Assembly: GCA_031277345.1 (NCBI GenBank) | Contig: JAITMO010000067.1 | Span: forward strand, 1 to 62,532 | Source: Candidatus Bathycorpusculum soli | GTDB lineage: Archaea; Thermoproteota; Bathyarchaeia; Bathyarchaeales; Bathycorpusculaceae | Length of the DNA stretch: 62,532 nt | Direction: 5' to 3' | Part shown: positions 30,182-41,367 of the stretch, piece by piece | How the letters are laid out: each line of letters starts with the position of its first letter | Position numbering within the stretch: the first letter of the stretch is position 1 | Translations under genes and position numbers: made by a program | Notes under the pieces: model-generated | Databases searched by the model: none | Told to the model about the DNA's origin: nothing | The model's input: only the letters and a program-made list of their open reading frames with translations

Positions 30182-30342
30182 ACTAGTAGTTTTTTATTTT
30201 CTTTTTTCAGTTGAACCCTATCTTTTGTTTTAGACTGTTGTGTATTTTTAGGCAAGTCCGTTTGTGTTTTTGTGCTTGTTATTGTTTTTTTGTGTTTGTT
30301 GGGTATGGTTTATTACTGTCTTTTTGTTTTTCTGTGTTTGAT

Positions 30343-32172
30343 ATGACACGAATTGCTGTTTTGGATAAGGACCGTTGTAAGGTTAAGAAGTGTAACCAGT
30401 TGTGTGTGAGTTTTTGCCCTATGGTGCGTAGTCGTGTTGAGGCTATTAGGGTGGAGGGTGATATGGCTGTTATTTCTGAGGTGCTTTGTAGTGGGTGTGG
30501 GATTTGTGTTAAAAAGTGTCCTTTTGCTGCAGTTAGTATTGTTAATTTACCTAATGAGCTCGATGTTGATTGTAGTCATAGGTTTAGTGAGAATAGTTTC
30601 AAGCTTTTTCGGTTGCCTATGCCGTCTGCGGGGACTGTTCTTGGATTGTTAGGTCAAAATGGTATAGGAAAGAGTACGTCTCTTAAGGTTTTTTCAGGTG
30701 AGCTTAGACCTAATTTGGGTCGTTTTGATAATCCTCCGTGTTGGAGTGAGTTAATTCAGTATTATCGTGGTTCAAATCTTCAGGATTATTTTCAGCGGCT
30801 TAGTGAGAAGAAACTTAGAGTTAGTAGTAAGCCTCAATATGTTGATAAAATTCCTAAGGCTGTTACCGGTAGGGCAGGTGATTTGTTAGAGAAAGTTGAT
30901 GAGCGTAAGGTTTTAGATGATCTTGCTGATGTGTTAGAGTTGCGTAAGGTTTGGGAGCGGTCTTTAGATGTTTTGTCGGGTGGTGAGCTTCAGCGTGTTG
31001 CGGTTGCGGCTGCTTTGTGTCGTGAGGCGGATGTTTATTTGTTTGACGAGCCTTCAAGCTATCTTGATGTTAAGCAGCGTCTTACTGTTGCTCGTGTTAT
31101 TCGTGGTTTGAAGGAACAGCAGAAGACTATTGTTGTAGCTGAGCATGATTTGGCGATTATTGATTATCTTTCTGATCAGATTTGTATTTTTTATGGTGAA
31201 CCTGGGGTTTATGGTGTTGTTTCTCATGTGCATGGGGTGCGTACGGGTATTAACATCTATTTACAGGGGTATATTTCTGATGAAAATATAAAATTCCGTA
31301 AGGAGTCTATTGTTTTTCAGGAGCGTCCTCCAACGGCGGGTTTGAATGTTAATGCGCCTTTGCTTAAGTGGGATGTATTTGAGAAGACTTTTCAAGGATT
31401 TACTTTGCGGGCGGAGCCTGGTGAGATTCGCGGTGGGGAAATTGTTGGTGTTTTAGGACCTAATGGTATTGGTAAAACTACGTTTGTTAAGATTTTGGCT
31501 GGTTTAGATGAGTCTGATGATAAGCGTAAGTTTGGTGAGTTGGTTGTTAGTTATAAGCCACAGTATATTGCTCCTGATTTTTCTGGTACGGTGCAGGAGT
31601 TGTTGATGAGTGTGGCAAAGGAGAATTTTGGTTCTTCTTGGTATAAAACAGAGATTGCTCAACCTTTGCGTCTTCAGACTCTTATGGATAGGGATGTTAT
31701 GGAGCTTAGTGGTGGTGAGCTTCAGAAAGTTGCGATTGCGGCGTGTCTTAGTCGTAGAGCTGATTTGTATTTGCTTGATGAGCCTAGTGCTTATTTGGAT
31801 GTTGAGGAGCGTTTGAATATGGCGCGAACTTTGCGGCGTGTGGTTGAGGCTCATGGTATTCCTGCATTTGTGGTTGAGCATGATGTGGTGACTCAGGATT
31901 TTATTGCTGATAGGTTGATGGTTTTTAATGGTGAGCCTGGGGTTTGTGGTGTTGCGAATTCTCCTGCTTCGTTGCGGGAGGGTATGAATATGTTTTTGAA
32001 AGAGATGAATGTTACTTTTCGTCGTGATCCTGCGAGTTTGCGTCCTCGTGTGAATAAATTAAGCTCACAGATGGATGAGTTTCAGAAGAGTATTGGTGAG
32101 TATTATTATACACGAATTGTAAAGACGGATGATGATAAAAAAGATGATGTGGCTAAAAAAAAGTCTGATTGA
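30343..32172 (+). CDS. ABCE1/Rli1 ribosome-recycling ATPase
   Basis: N-terminal RIAVLDKDRC 2x[4Fe-4S] domain; two ABC domains (GQNGIGKS, GPNGIGKT, LSGGELQ). Confidence 0.97.
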   Translation: MTRIAVLDKDRCKVKKCNQLCVSFCPMVRSRVEAIRVEGDMAVISEVLCSGCGICVKKCPFAAVSIVNLPNELDVDCSHRFSENSFKLFRLPMPSAGTVLGLLGQNGIGKSTSLKVFSGELRPNLGRFDNPPCWSELIQYYRGSNLQDYFQRLSEKKLRVSSKPQYVDKIPKAVTGRAGDLLEKVDERKVLDDLADVLELRKVWERSLDVLSGGELQRVAVAAALCREADVYLFDEPSSYLDVKQRLTVARVIRGLKEQQKTIVVAEHDLAIIDYLSDQICIFYGEPGVYGVVSHVHGVRTGINIYLQGYISDENIKFRKESIVFQERPPTAGLNVNAPLLKWDVFEKTFQGFTLRAEPGEIRGGEIVGVLGPNGIGKTTFVKILAGLDESDDKRKFGELVVSYKPQYIAPDFSGTVQELLMSVAKENFGSSWYKTEIAQPLRLQTLMDRDVMELSGGELQKVAIAACLSRRADLYLLDEPSAYLDVEERLNMARTLRRVVEAHGIPAFVVEHDVVTQDFIADRLMVFNGEPGVCGVANSPASLREGMNMFLKEMNVTFRRDPASLRPRVNKLSSQMDEFQKSIGEYYYTRIVKTDDDKKDDVAKKKSD

Positions 32173-32290
32173 TTTTCTTTTTTGTTTTGTGTTTGTTTTT
32201 GTTGATTGTGTTTTTGAATAAGTATGTTGGTCTTTCCGAAAGCTAAAATAAGTGGTGAGTTAGAGTTATAGCGACTTGAGGATACTAATA

Positions 32291-33547
32291 GTGTCGTCTT
32301 TCATTGAGGATTTAATTGCGCGTAAAGTTTTCAATAGTCGTGGAGAAGAAACTATAGAAGTGGATGTGATAACTTCTTCTGGTTTTGGGCGAGCGTCTGC
32401 TCCTGCTGGGAAGAGCCGTGGTAAGGCTGAGGTGATGTATTATCCTTCAGGTGGTATTGATGTTGCTATTAAGAAGGTTGAAGAGCTTATTGCGCCTGAG
32501 CTTGCGGGTTTGAATGCTGATTCTCAAGAGGAGATTGATGATACGCTTCATGAGGTTGATGGTTGTAGTCCGAATTTTAAAAATATTGGTGGTAATATTG
32601 CGTTTGCGGTGTCTTTAGCTAATGCTGAGGCTGCGGCTGATTCTCATGGGTTGCTTTTGTTTCAGTTTCTTGGTGGTAATGTTGCTACAAGCTTGCCTTA
32701 TCCGCTTGGTAATTGTATAAGTGGTGGTCAGCATGCTCGTGGTAAGTCTCCTGATATTCAGGAGTATTTGGTGCTTCCTCATGGAGCTGAGTCTTTTTTT
32801 GAGGCTACGTCTGCTAATATGTTAGTTCATAAAAGGATTGGTGATGTTTTAAAGAAAAAGAGCGCCACTTTTAATGGTGGTAAAAGTGATGAGGGTGCTT
32901 GGATTGCTCATGTTGATTCTGTTACTGCTTTTGATGTGATAGCTAAAGCTTGTGAAGAGGTTGGTAATGAGCTTGATTTTGAGTGTGGTTTTGGTATTGA
33001 TGTTGCCTCTTCTTCTTTATGGAATGAGAAAGAGGGTAAGTATATTTACGCCAATGAGGATGTTAAACGTGATTCAGGCGAGCAACTTGAGTTTATGCGT
33101 GAATTAATTGACACATATCATCTTTCTTATGTGGAAGACCCGTTTCATGAGGATGATTTTCAGAGTTTTGCTGAGTTAACCCGTAAGACTAAGAATTGTT
33201 TGATTTGCGGAGACGATTTGTTCACAACTAATACTGAAAGGTTAAATAATGGGATAAAGATTAACGCTGGAAATGCAATCATCATTAAAGTTAACCAGAT
33301 AGGTACACTGAGTGATGCAGCTAAAACAATTGAGCTTGCTCAGAGGCACGGTTATGATCCTGTTGTGTCTCACCGATCTGGTGATACATGCGATTGGCAT
33401 ATAGCTCATTTGGCTGTAGCCTATAAATGTCCTATCATTAAGACAGGTGTGGTGGAAGGTGCAAGAGTTGCAAAGCTCAATGAACTCATAAGAATTGAGC
33501 ATTTCCTTGGGGATCGAGCTAAAATGGCTAGTCTAAAAATACGATAA
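32291..33547 (+). CDS. eno: Enolase
   Basis: FNSRGEETIEV, DIQEY, DEG, EDPF, GDDLF, KVNQIGTL, SHRSGDT, IKTG. Confidence 0.95.
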   Translation: MSSFIEDLIARKVFNSRGEETIEVDVITSSGFGRASAPAGKSRGKAEVMYYPSGGIDVAIKKVEELIAPELAGLNADSQEEIDDTLHEVDGCSPNFKNIGGNIAFAVSLANAEAAADSHGLLLFQFLGGNVATSLPYPLGNCISGGQHARGKSPDIQEYLVLPHGAESFFEATSANMLVHKRIGDVLKKKSATFNGGKSDEGAWIAHVDSVTAFDVIAKACEEVGNELDFECGFGIDVASSSLWNEKEGKYIYANEDVKRDSGEQLEFMRELIDTYHLSYVEDPFHEDDFQSFAELTRKTKNCLICGDDLFTTNTERLNNGIKINAGNAIIIKVNQIGTLSDAAKTIELAQRHGYDPVVSHRSGDTCDWHIAHLAVAYKCPIIKTGVVEGARVAKLNELIRIEHFLGDRAKMASLKIR

Positions 33548-33562
33548 ATAGAGGAATAAAAA

Positions 33563-34453
33563 TTGGTAGAAGACCAAGTTAAAGAAAATCAACCAGTTGA
33601 AAATCAACCAGAGATTGAAGATGAAGTTACAGTTACAAATACTGTAGAAGAGTCTGTTGCAGTGGTGGATGAGCCACAGGTAGAAGAGTCTGTTGCAGTA
33701 AACTCTGATGTTGTAGTTGCTGAAGCTGAGGCAGAAGAAAGTTTTGTGGATGATGAAATTAATGAAGTAGAGCTATCTGTAGAGGACGAGCAAATTGTAG
33801 AAGATGATGAAGATGAGAAACAAGAAAGTCAACCTGGCGAAGAGTTATTGCTCCCAAGAGATACGTTGCTTTCTGCAGGTATTCACATTGGTACCCGAAT
33901 GAAAACTTTGGATATGGTTCCATTTATTTATCGTATTCGACCTGATGGTTTGTTTGTTTTGGATGTTAAACAGACTGATGATAGAATTAGAACTGCTGCT
34001 AAATTTCTTTCAAGATACGAAAAGTCAAAAGTTGCTGTTGTAGCAACAAGAATGTATGCTCATGAGCCGGTTAAAACGTTTTGTGAAGTGACTGGTGCAA
34101 CTCCTATTATTGGCCGGTTTATTCCTGGTCAATTGTCTAATCCACAATATAGTCGAAGAGTTGATCCTGAAATTATTGTTGTTTCAGATCCACGTGCTGA
34201 TGCGCAGGCAGTAAAGGAAGCATCTAAGGTGGGTGTACCCATTGTTGCTCTCTGTAGTACTGATAATGAGTTTGCAGGTGTTGACTTTGTTATTCCAACA
34301 AACAATAAAGGTAGACGTGCTCTTGCAGTTATCTTTTGGTTGCTTGCAAGACAAATTTTGCGTGAGCGTGGCGAAATTGGTGTAGATCAAGATCCTCAGG
34401 CTACAATTGAGGATTTTGAAGCCAAAGTTACACGTGAGGACGAGGACACCTAA
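33563..34453 (+). CDS. rps2: 30S ribosomal protein uS2 with long acidic N-terminal extension
   Basis: LLSAGIHIG, GRFIPG.LSNP, IPTNNKG; about 90-aa E/D/V-rich N-terminus. Confidence 0.95.
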   Translation: MVEDQVKENQPVENQPEIEDEVTVTNTVEESVAVVDEPQVEESVAVNSDVVVAEAEAEESFVDDEINEVELSVEDEQIVEDDEDEKQESQPGEELLLPRDTLLSAGIHIGTRMKTLDMVPFIYRIRPDGLFVLDVKQTDDRIRTAAKFLSRYEKSKVAVVATRMYAHEPVKTFCEVTGATPIIGRFIPGQLSNPQYSRRVDPEIIVVSDPRADAQAVKEASKVGVPIVALCSTDNEFAGVDFVIPTNNKGRRALAVIFWLLARQILRERGEIGVDQDPQATIEDFEAKVTREDEDT

Positions 34454-34455
34454 GG

Positions 34456-35334
34456 GTGTCTTCTTTTCGACGTCCTTTTGTTGCCGGTCAATTTTATGAG
34501 GGCGATGTTGAAGCGCTTAAGCTTCAAGTTGAGTCTTGTTTTTTAAATAGTGTTGGTCTTGATGAGTTTTCTAAAGTTAATTTTTGTGCTGATTCTATGA
34601 ATCGTAGTGTTGTTGGGTTAATTTGTCCTCATGCAGGTTACATGTATTCTGGTTCGGTTGCTGCTTTGGGGTTTTTTGAGCTTGCTTTGGATGGTTTGCC
34701 TAAGACGGTGGTTCTTTTGGGGCCTAATCATAGTGGTGTTGGTAGTGGTTTGTCTTTGATGCGTGAGGGTGTTTGGCAGACTCCGTTTGGTAGTGTAGAA
34801 GTTGATACTGTTTTGGCGGATGTGATTCTTTCAAAGTCTGATTTGATTGATGTTGATGTGTCTGCTCATTTGTTTGAGCATTCTCTTGAGGTGCAGCTTC
34901 CTTTTTTGCAGTATTTATATGGTGGTAAAAAGTTTAAGATTGTTCCTATTTGTTTTTTGATGCAGGATTATTTTTCTGCGGTGGAGGTGGGTAATGTTTT
35001 GGTTGAGGCTTTGTATGGTTGTGTTGGGGATGTTGTTGTGGTGGCTTCTTCTGATATGTCGCATTATGAGCCTGTTGATGTGGCTGAGCGGAAGGATTTT
35101 TCTGTTTTAGATGCGGTTGTTTCTTTAGATGCTCACCGTTTTTATAGGGTTGTTGAGGCTAACAATGTTAGTGTGTGTGGTTGTGGTCCAATAGGTGCTT
35201 TGATTACTTTTGTTAAGGGGGTAGGTGCTATGGCTAAACTATTAGGTTATTGTAGTAGTGGTGTTGCATCTGGTGATTATTCAAGTGTTGTGGGTTATGC
35301 TTCAGTTGTTTTTAGGCGTGATTTTTATGCATAG
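34456..35334 (+). CDS. MEMO1 family protein (AmmeMemoRadiSam protein B)
   Basis: VAGQFY, PHAGY.YSG, GPNH, EHSLEVQLPFLQ, SSDMSHY. Confidence 0.95.
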   Translation: MSSFRRPFVAGQFYEGDVEALKLQVESCFLNSVGLDEFSKVNFCADSMNRSVVGLICPHAGYMYSGSVAALGFFELALDGLPKTVVLLGPNHSGVGSGLSLMREGVWQTPFGSVEVDTVLADVILSKSDLIDVDVSAHLFEHSLEVQLPFLQYLYGGKKFKIVPICFLMQDYFSAVEVGNVLVEALYGCVGDVVVVASSDMSHYEPVDVAERKDFSVLDAVVSLDAHRFYRVVEANNVSVCGCGPIGALITFVKGVGAMAKLLGYCSSGVASGDYSSVVGYASVVFRRDFYA

Positions 35335-35450
35335 CTTTTTTGATTTTTTGGAATTATGTTCTGTTTTATAGGTAATGTTATTAAGGTTGTATTATTTTAG
35401 TTGTTATTGTAGTTCGTAGTATCAGGGTCACTCTTTGATGTAGTGGCAGG

Positions 35451-36047
35451 TTGGTATATTTGAAGAAGGCAGCAACTGTTCCTCGTAAAACTTTGGTGGC
35501 ACGAGAGGATTTGCTAAATAAAGTTTCTGAGATTGCAAAAGATCAGGGGTGTAGTTTGTTTGAGTTGGTTAATGACCTTTTTCAGTTAGTGATACAGTGT
35601 AATAAAATGGGTTTTGTTTTGCGACAGACGGTTGAAGATTGTAGAGTTTTAGAGTTGGCTAAGAGTTCAGGGTTTATTTTAGGTTTAGAACGTTTATGGT
35701 ATGACATGGTTGATATGGCATATATGGCAGATAAATCTGCTTCTCTTAAAAGTTGGTTTGATTCAGGTGTTTGGTTTGCTGCTCGTTATGACATTGTAAA
35801 CTCTGAATCTTTTGCCAAGTTTAAGGAAGAATTGTATGTTTTTACGTGGAATGCGCCAGAATTTGTTTTTGAACATGAGGGTAATAATTTGTTTGTGCGA
35901 GTAACTAGTCCTAGATTTACTGAGGCGTATAGTTTTCTTTTTGCTTCTTTTTTGGTTGGTGCATTGGAGACTTTTGGGTATGAACTTGTTAATAAAGAGG
36001 TTTTACGTGGTATGATTCGTATAAATTCTGTAAGGAATGTGGTGTAA
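35451..36047 (+). CDS. Putative regulator: RHH-like N-terminus plus V4R-like domain
   Basis: RKTLVAREDLLNKVSEIAK RHH pattern; WFDSGVWFA...FLVGALETFGY; paralogue of the next gene. Confidence 0.7.
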   Translation: MVYLKKAATVPRKTLVAREDLLNKVSEIAKDQGCSLFELVNDLFQLVIQCNKMGFVLRQTVEDCRVLELAKSSGFILGLERLWYDMVDMAYMADKSASLKSWFDSGVWFAARYDIVNSESFAKFKEELYVFTWNAPEFVFEHEGNNLFVRVTSPRFTEAYSFLFASFLVGALETFGYELVNKEVLRGMIRINSVRNVV

Positions 36048-36049
36048 TA

Positions 36050-36622
36050 TTGACGCAGCGTAAAGGTAAAAAGTTGGTGTATGTTAATTCTAATCTTGTT
36101 GATAGTGTTGCTAAAGCTTCTCATGAACGAGGTGAGACTATCTCCAAGTTTTTTGAAGATGCTTTAACTCATGCAATAAAGGTTGCTTCTATGGGTTGTG
36201 ATTTGAAAGAGTTTGGGCAATTCTTTGAGGTTTTATATGCTCAGCGAATTTTGGGTGGTGCATTTGTGCCTTTAGATGTTTTGAATTTTTTAACAACAGT
36301 AACGTTTAAGCATAGTAGGGGTGCTCTTTCTGATGTGTGGTTTGATAGTGGGGTATGGCATGGCAAATATTTGAAAGAGCGGTTTGTTGATCCTGTTTTG
36401 TCTCTGGAGGTTTTTTTAACCGCTAGTCGTTGGGATTTAAGTGAAGTTGAGGTGAAACGTTTTGGTGATGTTACAAGGGTGCGTTGTGTTTCTACGGTTC
36501 TTTCTGAGGAGGCTTCTCAAGTGCTTTCACGTTTTGTAGAGGGTATAATGCATAGTTTTGGGTATAAGTTGCAGAAAAATGATGTTATGAAAGGAATGAT
36601 TATTTTAGAGTTTTCTGTTTAA
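36050..36622 (+). CDS. Putative regulator: RHH-like N-terminus plus V4R-like domain (paralogue)
   Basis: KKLVYVNSNLVDSVAKASHERGETISKF RHH pattern; WFDSGVWHG...FVEGIMHSFGY. Confidence 0.7.
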   Translation: MTQRKGKKLVYVNSNLVDSVAKASHERGETISKFFEDALTHAIKVASMGCDLKEFGQFFEVLYAQRILGGAFVPLDVLNFLTTVTFKHSRGALSDVWFDSGVWHGKYLKERFVDPVLSLEVFLTASRWDLSEVEVKRFGDVTRVRCVSTVLSEEASQVLSRFVEGIMHSFGYKLQKNDVMKGMIILEFSV

Positions 36623-36803
36623 CTGTGTTTGAGTGTTAATTCTCTTTTATCTATCTGTCGTACAGTATGTATACATTTGCTTACACGAGTAGTAAAATGT
36701 ATATTTTTAAGAGTTTTTACTATGGTGTGTTTACAGTAGATATATAAGTGGTGTAGCTACATATTGCTTACATAAAAATTAAAATAAGGAAGAAATATAA
36801 AAG

Positions 36804-39407
36804 ATGAATATGAAACAAACAAAAAATAAGCTAATGGCAACCATGATAGTAATGCTATTATTTGCATCTGTGATGCTAGCAGTGGTCCCAATAGCAAACG
36901 CTGCAGTAACTGAACTTACATTGGAAAATCTGAGGACTGGCGATGATATTACACACGATAGTAATGGTCCTTACAGTGGCTCTTCCCTTGATGTTGGTAC
37001 TGGTGATAAACTTAACGTCACTGGTGTTCTCGAGAATGCTGGTGCAACTGCATCAGTTTATTGGAATAGCATCTCACCGGAAAACCGTATGAATGCCGTA
37101 CCATCTAACAGTGGAACTGGTTATTATGAAATGGAAATTTCTGTACCAGTTGTTGCTGCAGGTGAATATTGGATTCTTGTGGTTGAAGAAATTGCTGGTG
37201 GTACAGCTGGATCAGGCTCATCTAAAAGTGTGAGTGTTCAAGTTGTGCCAAAAATTGAATTGGATCCTACAAGTGGAACAATAGATGATACAATCAAAGT
37301 TACTGGTACTGGTTTTACTGCTGATTCTGAGGTAACCTTTACATTCGGTGGCGCTTCACTTACTATGCTTGCAACAACAGTTAAAACAGACAGTCTTGGC
37401 TGCTTCGTTGCATACTTTAAAGTACCAACTAGTACAACTAACACTTATCCTGTCGTAGCAACAGATGATGCATCTGAATCTGCAACCGCAGACTTTACAG
37501 TTGGTCCATCAATCACACTTAGTAAAACTAGCGGACCATCAGGTACAGTAGTTACAATTACTGGCAAAGGCTTTTATCTCGGTGGAAATATTGGCGGTAC
37601 TGGTAGCACAATTACCCTTTATTCACTAGCACCTGATTCAGCTGATACAGTTAAATTAAATGCTAATCAAGTTGTAACTATCCCAACTACAGGTGACAAT
37701 GCAGGCACATTTACAATCAGTGTGGTTATTCCAGATTATATCGATGTAGCTACTAGCCTACCCGAAGACATGCTCATTAATGTTACATCTTCAGCTACTG
37801 ATATTGCAGACGCTAAATTTACTTTAACAGGTTTAACTGGTGTTATTGCTAATCCAATAGTAGGTGCGCCAGACGGTGATGAAATTACTATAGCTTGTGA
37901 AAACTTTACACAATATGCAAACAACGAAGTTAACTTACGACTTGTACCAATCGATCCAAATGGTGTTCCAATTGGTGGTGCTTCATATGAATTTGGTAGC
38001 GGTACTGTTGATGCAACAACTGGCAAAGTTACAATAAAAACTACAGTTGGTACGGGTGTACCAGAAGGTGTGTATTACATTAATGCAACTGACCGTTGGG
38101 GCTTGTCAGCAGTGACTCTATTTATTGTTGCACCACTTACTGTAACAGTAGATCCAGCTAGAGCACCATCAGGCGCAATTGTAACAGTTACTGGCAATGG
38201 TTTTGACTTGTACGCAGATTTCCCCACTTACTCACAAGTATTCCAAGACGCAGGTATTCCAACTCAAGCCAACATGGTAGCATTTATCACTATAGGCGGT
38301 ATTAATGTCACTGCAACATCAACTGTACCCGTTACAGACTTAGCTGGTGGTATTACAAATCTTGTTGTACCAACACTCCCTGTGGACGCAAACACAGTTG
38401 TGAACATTACAACTAATGTTCCTGGTCTAACTGCTAAAACAACCCTTAATGTGAACGCAACAACTACAGTCACTGTAACACCTAACAATGCAATAAGATC
38501 CTCACAGATTACTATTGGTGGTTCTTCATTTGGACGTCATAATGGTAGTCCAGCTAGAGTTCTAGTCTTTTATCCAGACGGTAGCGTAGCGCTAAACACA
38601 ACGACCACTATTAACTATCAATATGGTACATTAACATCAGTGACTTGGACTATTCCAAACAATGCTCCTATGGGTACATATACTGTTAACGTTACTGATG
38701 CTAGCACTCCAAACAGATTAACTGCTGAAACAACATTTAACGTAGTAGAATTCGTTGCAGAAGTTACAACTCGTTCATCTACCTACCACAGAGATAGTGC
38801 TGGAACATTCTTAGTCTCTGCGACAGTGCCAAGAGATGGTGCGATTTTCCTATATGCAGCTGATGACAGATTAGTTCAAGTGTACAACTTTTCTGCTACT
38901 GGTATGTGGATATATGACGCTACGACAGGTTACTATAATCTTACAGAAATCTACTTCAAGCTCCCTCAAGACGCAGTACTTGGCAATTGGACATGGTTAG
39001 CAGTATTCCCTCCTATCTCTGACTCAGATGTTGACGGAAGGTTTGTTGTCACAGTAGAAGAAGACACTACTGGATCTGCTATTGATACTGATAAAATCGT
39101 AAATGACATAATAGACGGGATCCTAGATGCAGGCGGAATCGGTGGCGGTGGTGGTACACAAGGCGATAAAGGTGATACAGGTCCACAAGGCCCAGCAGGC
39201 AGTGCAGGTTCAGCAGGTCCAAGAGGCGATAAAGGTGCCACAGGTGATACAGGTGATACAGGTCCACAAGGTCCACAAGGTCCACAAGGTGAAGACGCTT
39301 CACCCGGTTGGTCTCAAACAGCATTAGCTTTAGCAATTGTAGCACTAGTCGTTGGTGCAGTGGCAGCATTCTTAGCCATTACACTACGTCGCAAAATTGC
39401 TAACTAA
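36804..39407 (+). CDS. Large surface (S-layer-like) protein with Ig-like repeats, collagen stalk and C-terminal TM
   Basis: Signal peptide, repeated P..G..G..VT(I/V)TG.GF modules, 16 Gly-X-Y triplets, TM plus RRK tail. Strong TATA box at about 36740 and a T-run terminator. Confidence 0.88.
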   Translation: MNMKQTKNKLMATMIVMLLFASVMLAVVPIANAAVTELTLENLRTGDDITHDSNGPYSGSSLDVGTGDKLNVTGVLENAGATASVYWNSISPENRMNAVPSNSGTGYYEMEISVPVVAAGEYWILVVEEIAGGTAGSGSSKSVSVQVVPKIELDPTSGTIDDTIKVTGTGFTADSEVTFTFGGASLTMLATTVKTDSLGCFVAYFKVPTSTTNTYPVVATDDASESATADFTVGPSITLSKTSGPSGTVVTITGKGFYLGGNIGGTGSTITLYSLAPDSADTVKLNANQVVTIPTTGDNAGTFTISVVIPDYIDVATSLPEDMLINVTSSATDIADAKFTLTGLTGVIANPIVGAPDGDEITIACENFTQYANNEVNLRLVPIDPNGVPIGGASYEFGSGTVDATTGKVTIKTTVGTGVPEGVYYINATDRWGLSAVTLFIVAPLTVTVDPARAPSGAIVTVTGNGFDLYADFPTYSQVFQDAGIPTQANMVAFITIGGINVTATSTVPVTDLAGGITNLVVPTLPVDANTVVNITTNVPGLTAKTTLNVNATTTVTVTPNNAIRSSQITIGGSSFGRHNGSPARVLVFYPDGSVALNTTTTINYQYGTLTSVTWTIPNNAPMGTYTVNVTDASTPNRLTAETTFNVVEFVAEVTTRSSTYHRDSAGTFLVSATVPRDGAIFLYAADDRLVQVYNFSATGMWIYDATTGYYNLTEIYFKLPQDAVLGNWTWLAVFPPISDSDVDGRFVVTVEEDTTGSAIDTDKIVNDIIDGILDAGGIGGGGGTQGDKGDTGPQGPAGSAGSAGPRGDKGATGDTGDTGPQGPQGPQGEDASPGWSQTALALAIVALVVGAVAAFLAITLRRKIAN
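39153..39296 (+). repeat. Collagen-like (Gly-X-Y)16 repeat
   Basis: [48 protein letters not shown]. Confidence 0.95.
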
Positions 39408-39730
39408 AACCCTCTTTCTTTTTTCTTTTTCAAACTTTTACAAATAAACTATTTCGCAAAAAAATAACCAACTAAAAACCAACTTTTCCAACAACAAAAA
39501 CACATATTGTTCAACATTTAAAAAAATTATAACTCTAAAAACAAAAATAACAAAATACTTCAACAACCGCCTAATTTATGACTGCAAAAATTATTAACTT
39601 AGAATGTCGATAAATAAATTTATATTTCTATTTTAGACACCCTACAGTCTACAAACGCCAACTTTACTTACAGAACGTTTCCTTAATTACCAAAGTATAG
39701 TTTCAATATCTGTTTTTATTATGTGACAAT

Positions 39731-41176
39731 TTAGATATGTCTTTTTTTGTTTTTACTATACTTTATTGTAGAGAAAACAATTGATGTAACAGACACTGCA
39801 ATGACAATGATACCGACAACGACAACTATACTATTACCATTAATCACCGTGTTTGTTGGTGGTGGTGTATTTGTTGGGGTGTTTGTTGGTGGTGGTGTAT
39901 TTGTTGGGGTGTTTGTTGGTGGTGGCGTATTTGTTGAACCACCTAACGAAGCTGATGAATGTGATGATGATCCTTGATTGTTTGTATCTGCTTGGATTTG
40001 TTTACCTGTTGCCATTTGAATAGCCGCGGCTGCATTAATTAGTCCATAACCAAAGTATATGTCCCTATTTTTGTTATCATATAATTGCAGATCATTTGCG
40101 GTTTGACACAAAATATCTCTTATTTCCGCATTCGTTAAAGTAGAATTTGCCTCTTTAACTAAAGCAGCTGTACCAACAACATAGGCAACTGCAAAAGATG
40201 TTCCAGTAACCGACTGTACCTGACTATCTGTACCTAAACAATAAACATTTTCTCCTGGTGCTGCAAGTTCTACCTCAGGCCCCGTGCGAACCCAGTCACA
40301 TCGACGATATGGATCTTCTTTTGTAGCAGTTACTGCAATAGTTGATTCATATTCCGCTGGACATCCAACGCCTGATGCTACATCCTCATTTTTTCCAACT
40401 GCTGCAACAGCTAAAATATCATGCTCATAATATGCTCTATCAAGTGCCTGTTTCAAAACAAAATCTCTATTATCACTAATACACCAACTCATAGAAATAA
40501 TATCCATACCATTATCTACCGCCCACTCCACACCTGAAATTGCACGACTCAACCTACCTACACCCCTGTTATCTATTACTTTGACCGCGTAAATTTCTAC
40601 ATCAGGAGACACTCCAACAAAACCCAAAGGTGCACCCTTCTTAGTGCCAATAATAGATGCAACCCATGTTCCATGACCAAACACATCAGATGTGTCATTA
40701 TTATTATCAACAAAATTGTATCCTCCAGAAACCTTCAAATAATCACCAAGCTCCGCAACACCCGAATCTAAAACCGCCACTTTAACACCAGCACCAGTAA
40801 TACCATAATCCCCAATATTTGACGCTCCAACACCATCAACACCCCAATTTATTGACCCCTCAACTTTTAATACTGCATTATCTGCAACATACGCAATACC
40901 TCTGCTTCGCTCTAAAAGTCCTATAACACTTTGAGGCACAAGTGCATGAACCGCAGAAATAATATTATACACCTCCAAAATGCTAATATTATAACCTGAC
41001 AATAATTCAAAATTAATGCTACCCGTAAAACCAATAATCACATCTCTAACAACTTCAACTTTGGCACTTACAAGAGAATTAAGCAAAGGATACAACGCTG
41101 AAATAACAAGCACCACTATAATAATAACCGCTAACAAAAAACTATATCTTTTACGCGACCTTGCACTTAACCTCAT
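39731..41176 (-). CDS. Membrane-anchored subtilisin (S8) serine protease
   Basis: Catalytic triad in VLDSG, HGTWVA and GTSFA; N-terminal TM/propeptide; P/T/N repeat linker; C-terminal TM. Confidence 0.93.
   Translation of the reverse strand: MRLSARSRKRYSFLLAVIIIVVLVISALYPLLNSLVSAKVEVVRDVIIGFTGSINFELLSGYNISILEVYNIISAVHALVPQSVIGLLERSRGIAYVADNAVLKVEGSINWGVDGVGASNIGDYGITGAGVKVAVLDSGVAELGDYLKVSGGYNFVDNNNDTSDVFGHGTWVASIIGTKKGAPLGFVGVSPDVEIYAVKVIDNRGVGRLSRAISGVEWAVDNGMDIISMSWCISDNRDFVLKQALDRAYYEHDILAVAAVGKNEDVASGVGCPAEYESTIAVTATKEDPYRRCDWVRTGPEVELAAPGENVYCLGTDSQVQSVTGTSFAVAYVVGTAALVKEANSTLTNAEIRDILCQTANDLQLYDNKNRDIYFGYGLINAAAAIQMATGKQIQADTNNQGSSSHSSASLGGSTNTPPPTNTPTNTPPPTNTPTNTPPPTNTVINGNSIVVVVGIIVIAVSVTSIVFSTIKYSKNKKRHI
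39849..39936. repeat. 30-bp tandem repeat, about 3 copies (encodes TNTPPPTNTP)
   Basis: GTGTTTGTTGGTGGTGGTGTATTTGTTGGG units at 39849, 39879 and 39909. Confidence 0.9.
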
Positions 41177-41367
41177 ATTACTCGCCCACTACTTTACTTA
41201 CTATACAAGCAAATAACCATTCAGTTATTAATTGATTGTCCAAAAAACTTACCTTGAAACAACTCACACAACATTGCTACAAAGACAACAACAAAAAGCC
41301 TCCTCACCACATTACCTACATATTTACTCACACAAATATAGTATCTCTTAATATTGAATTATACTAT

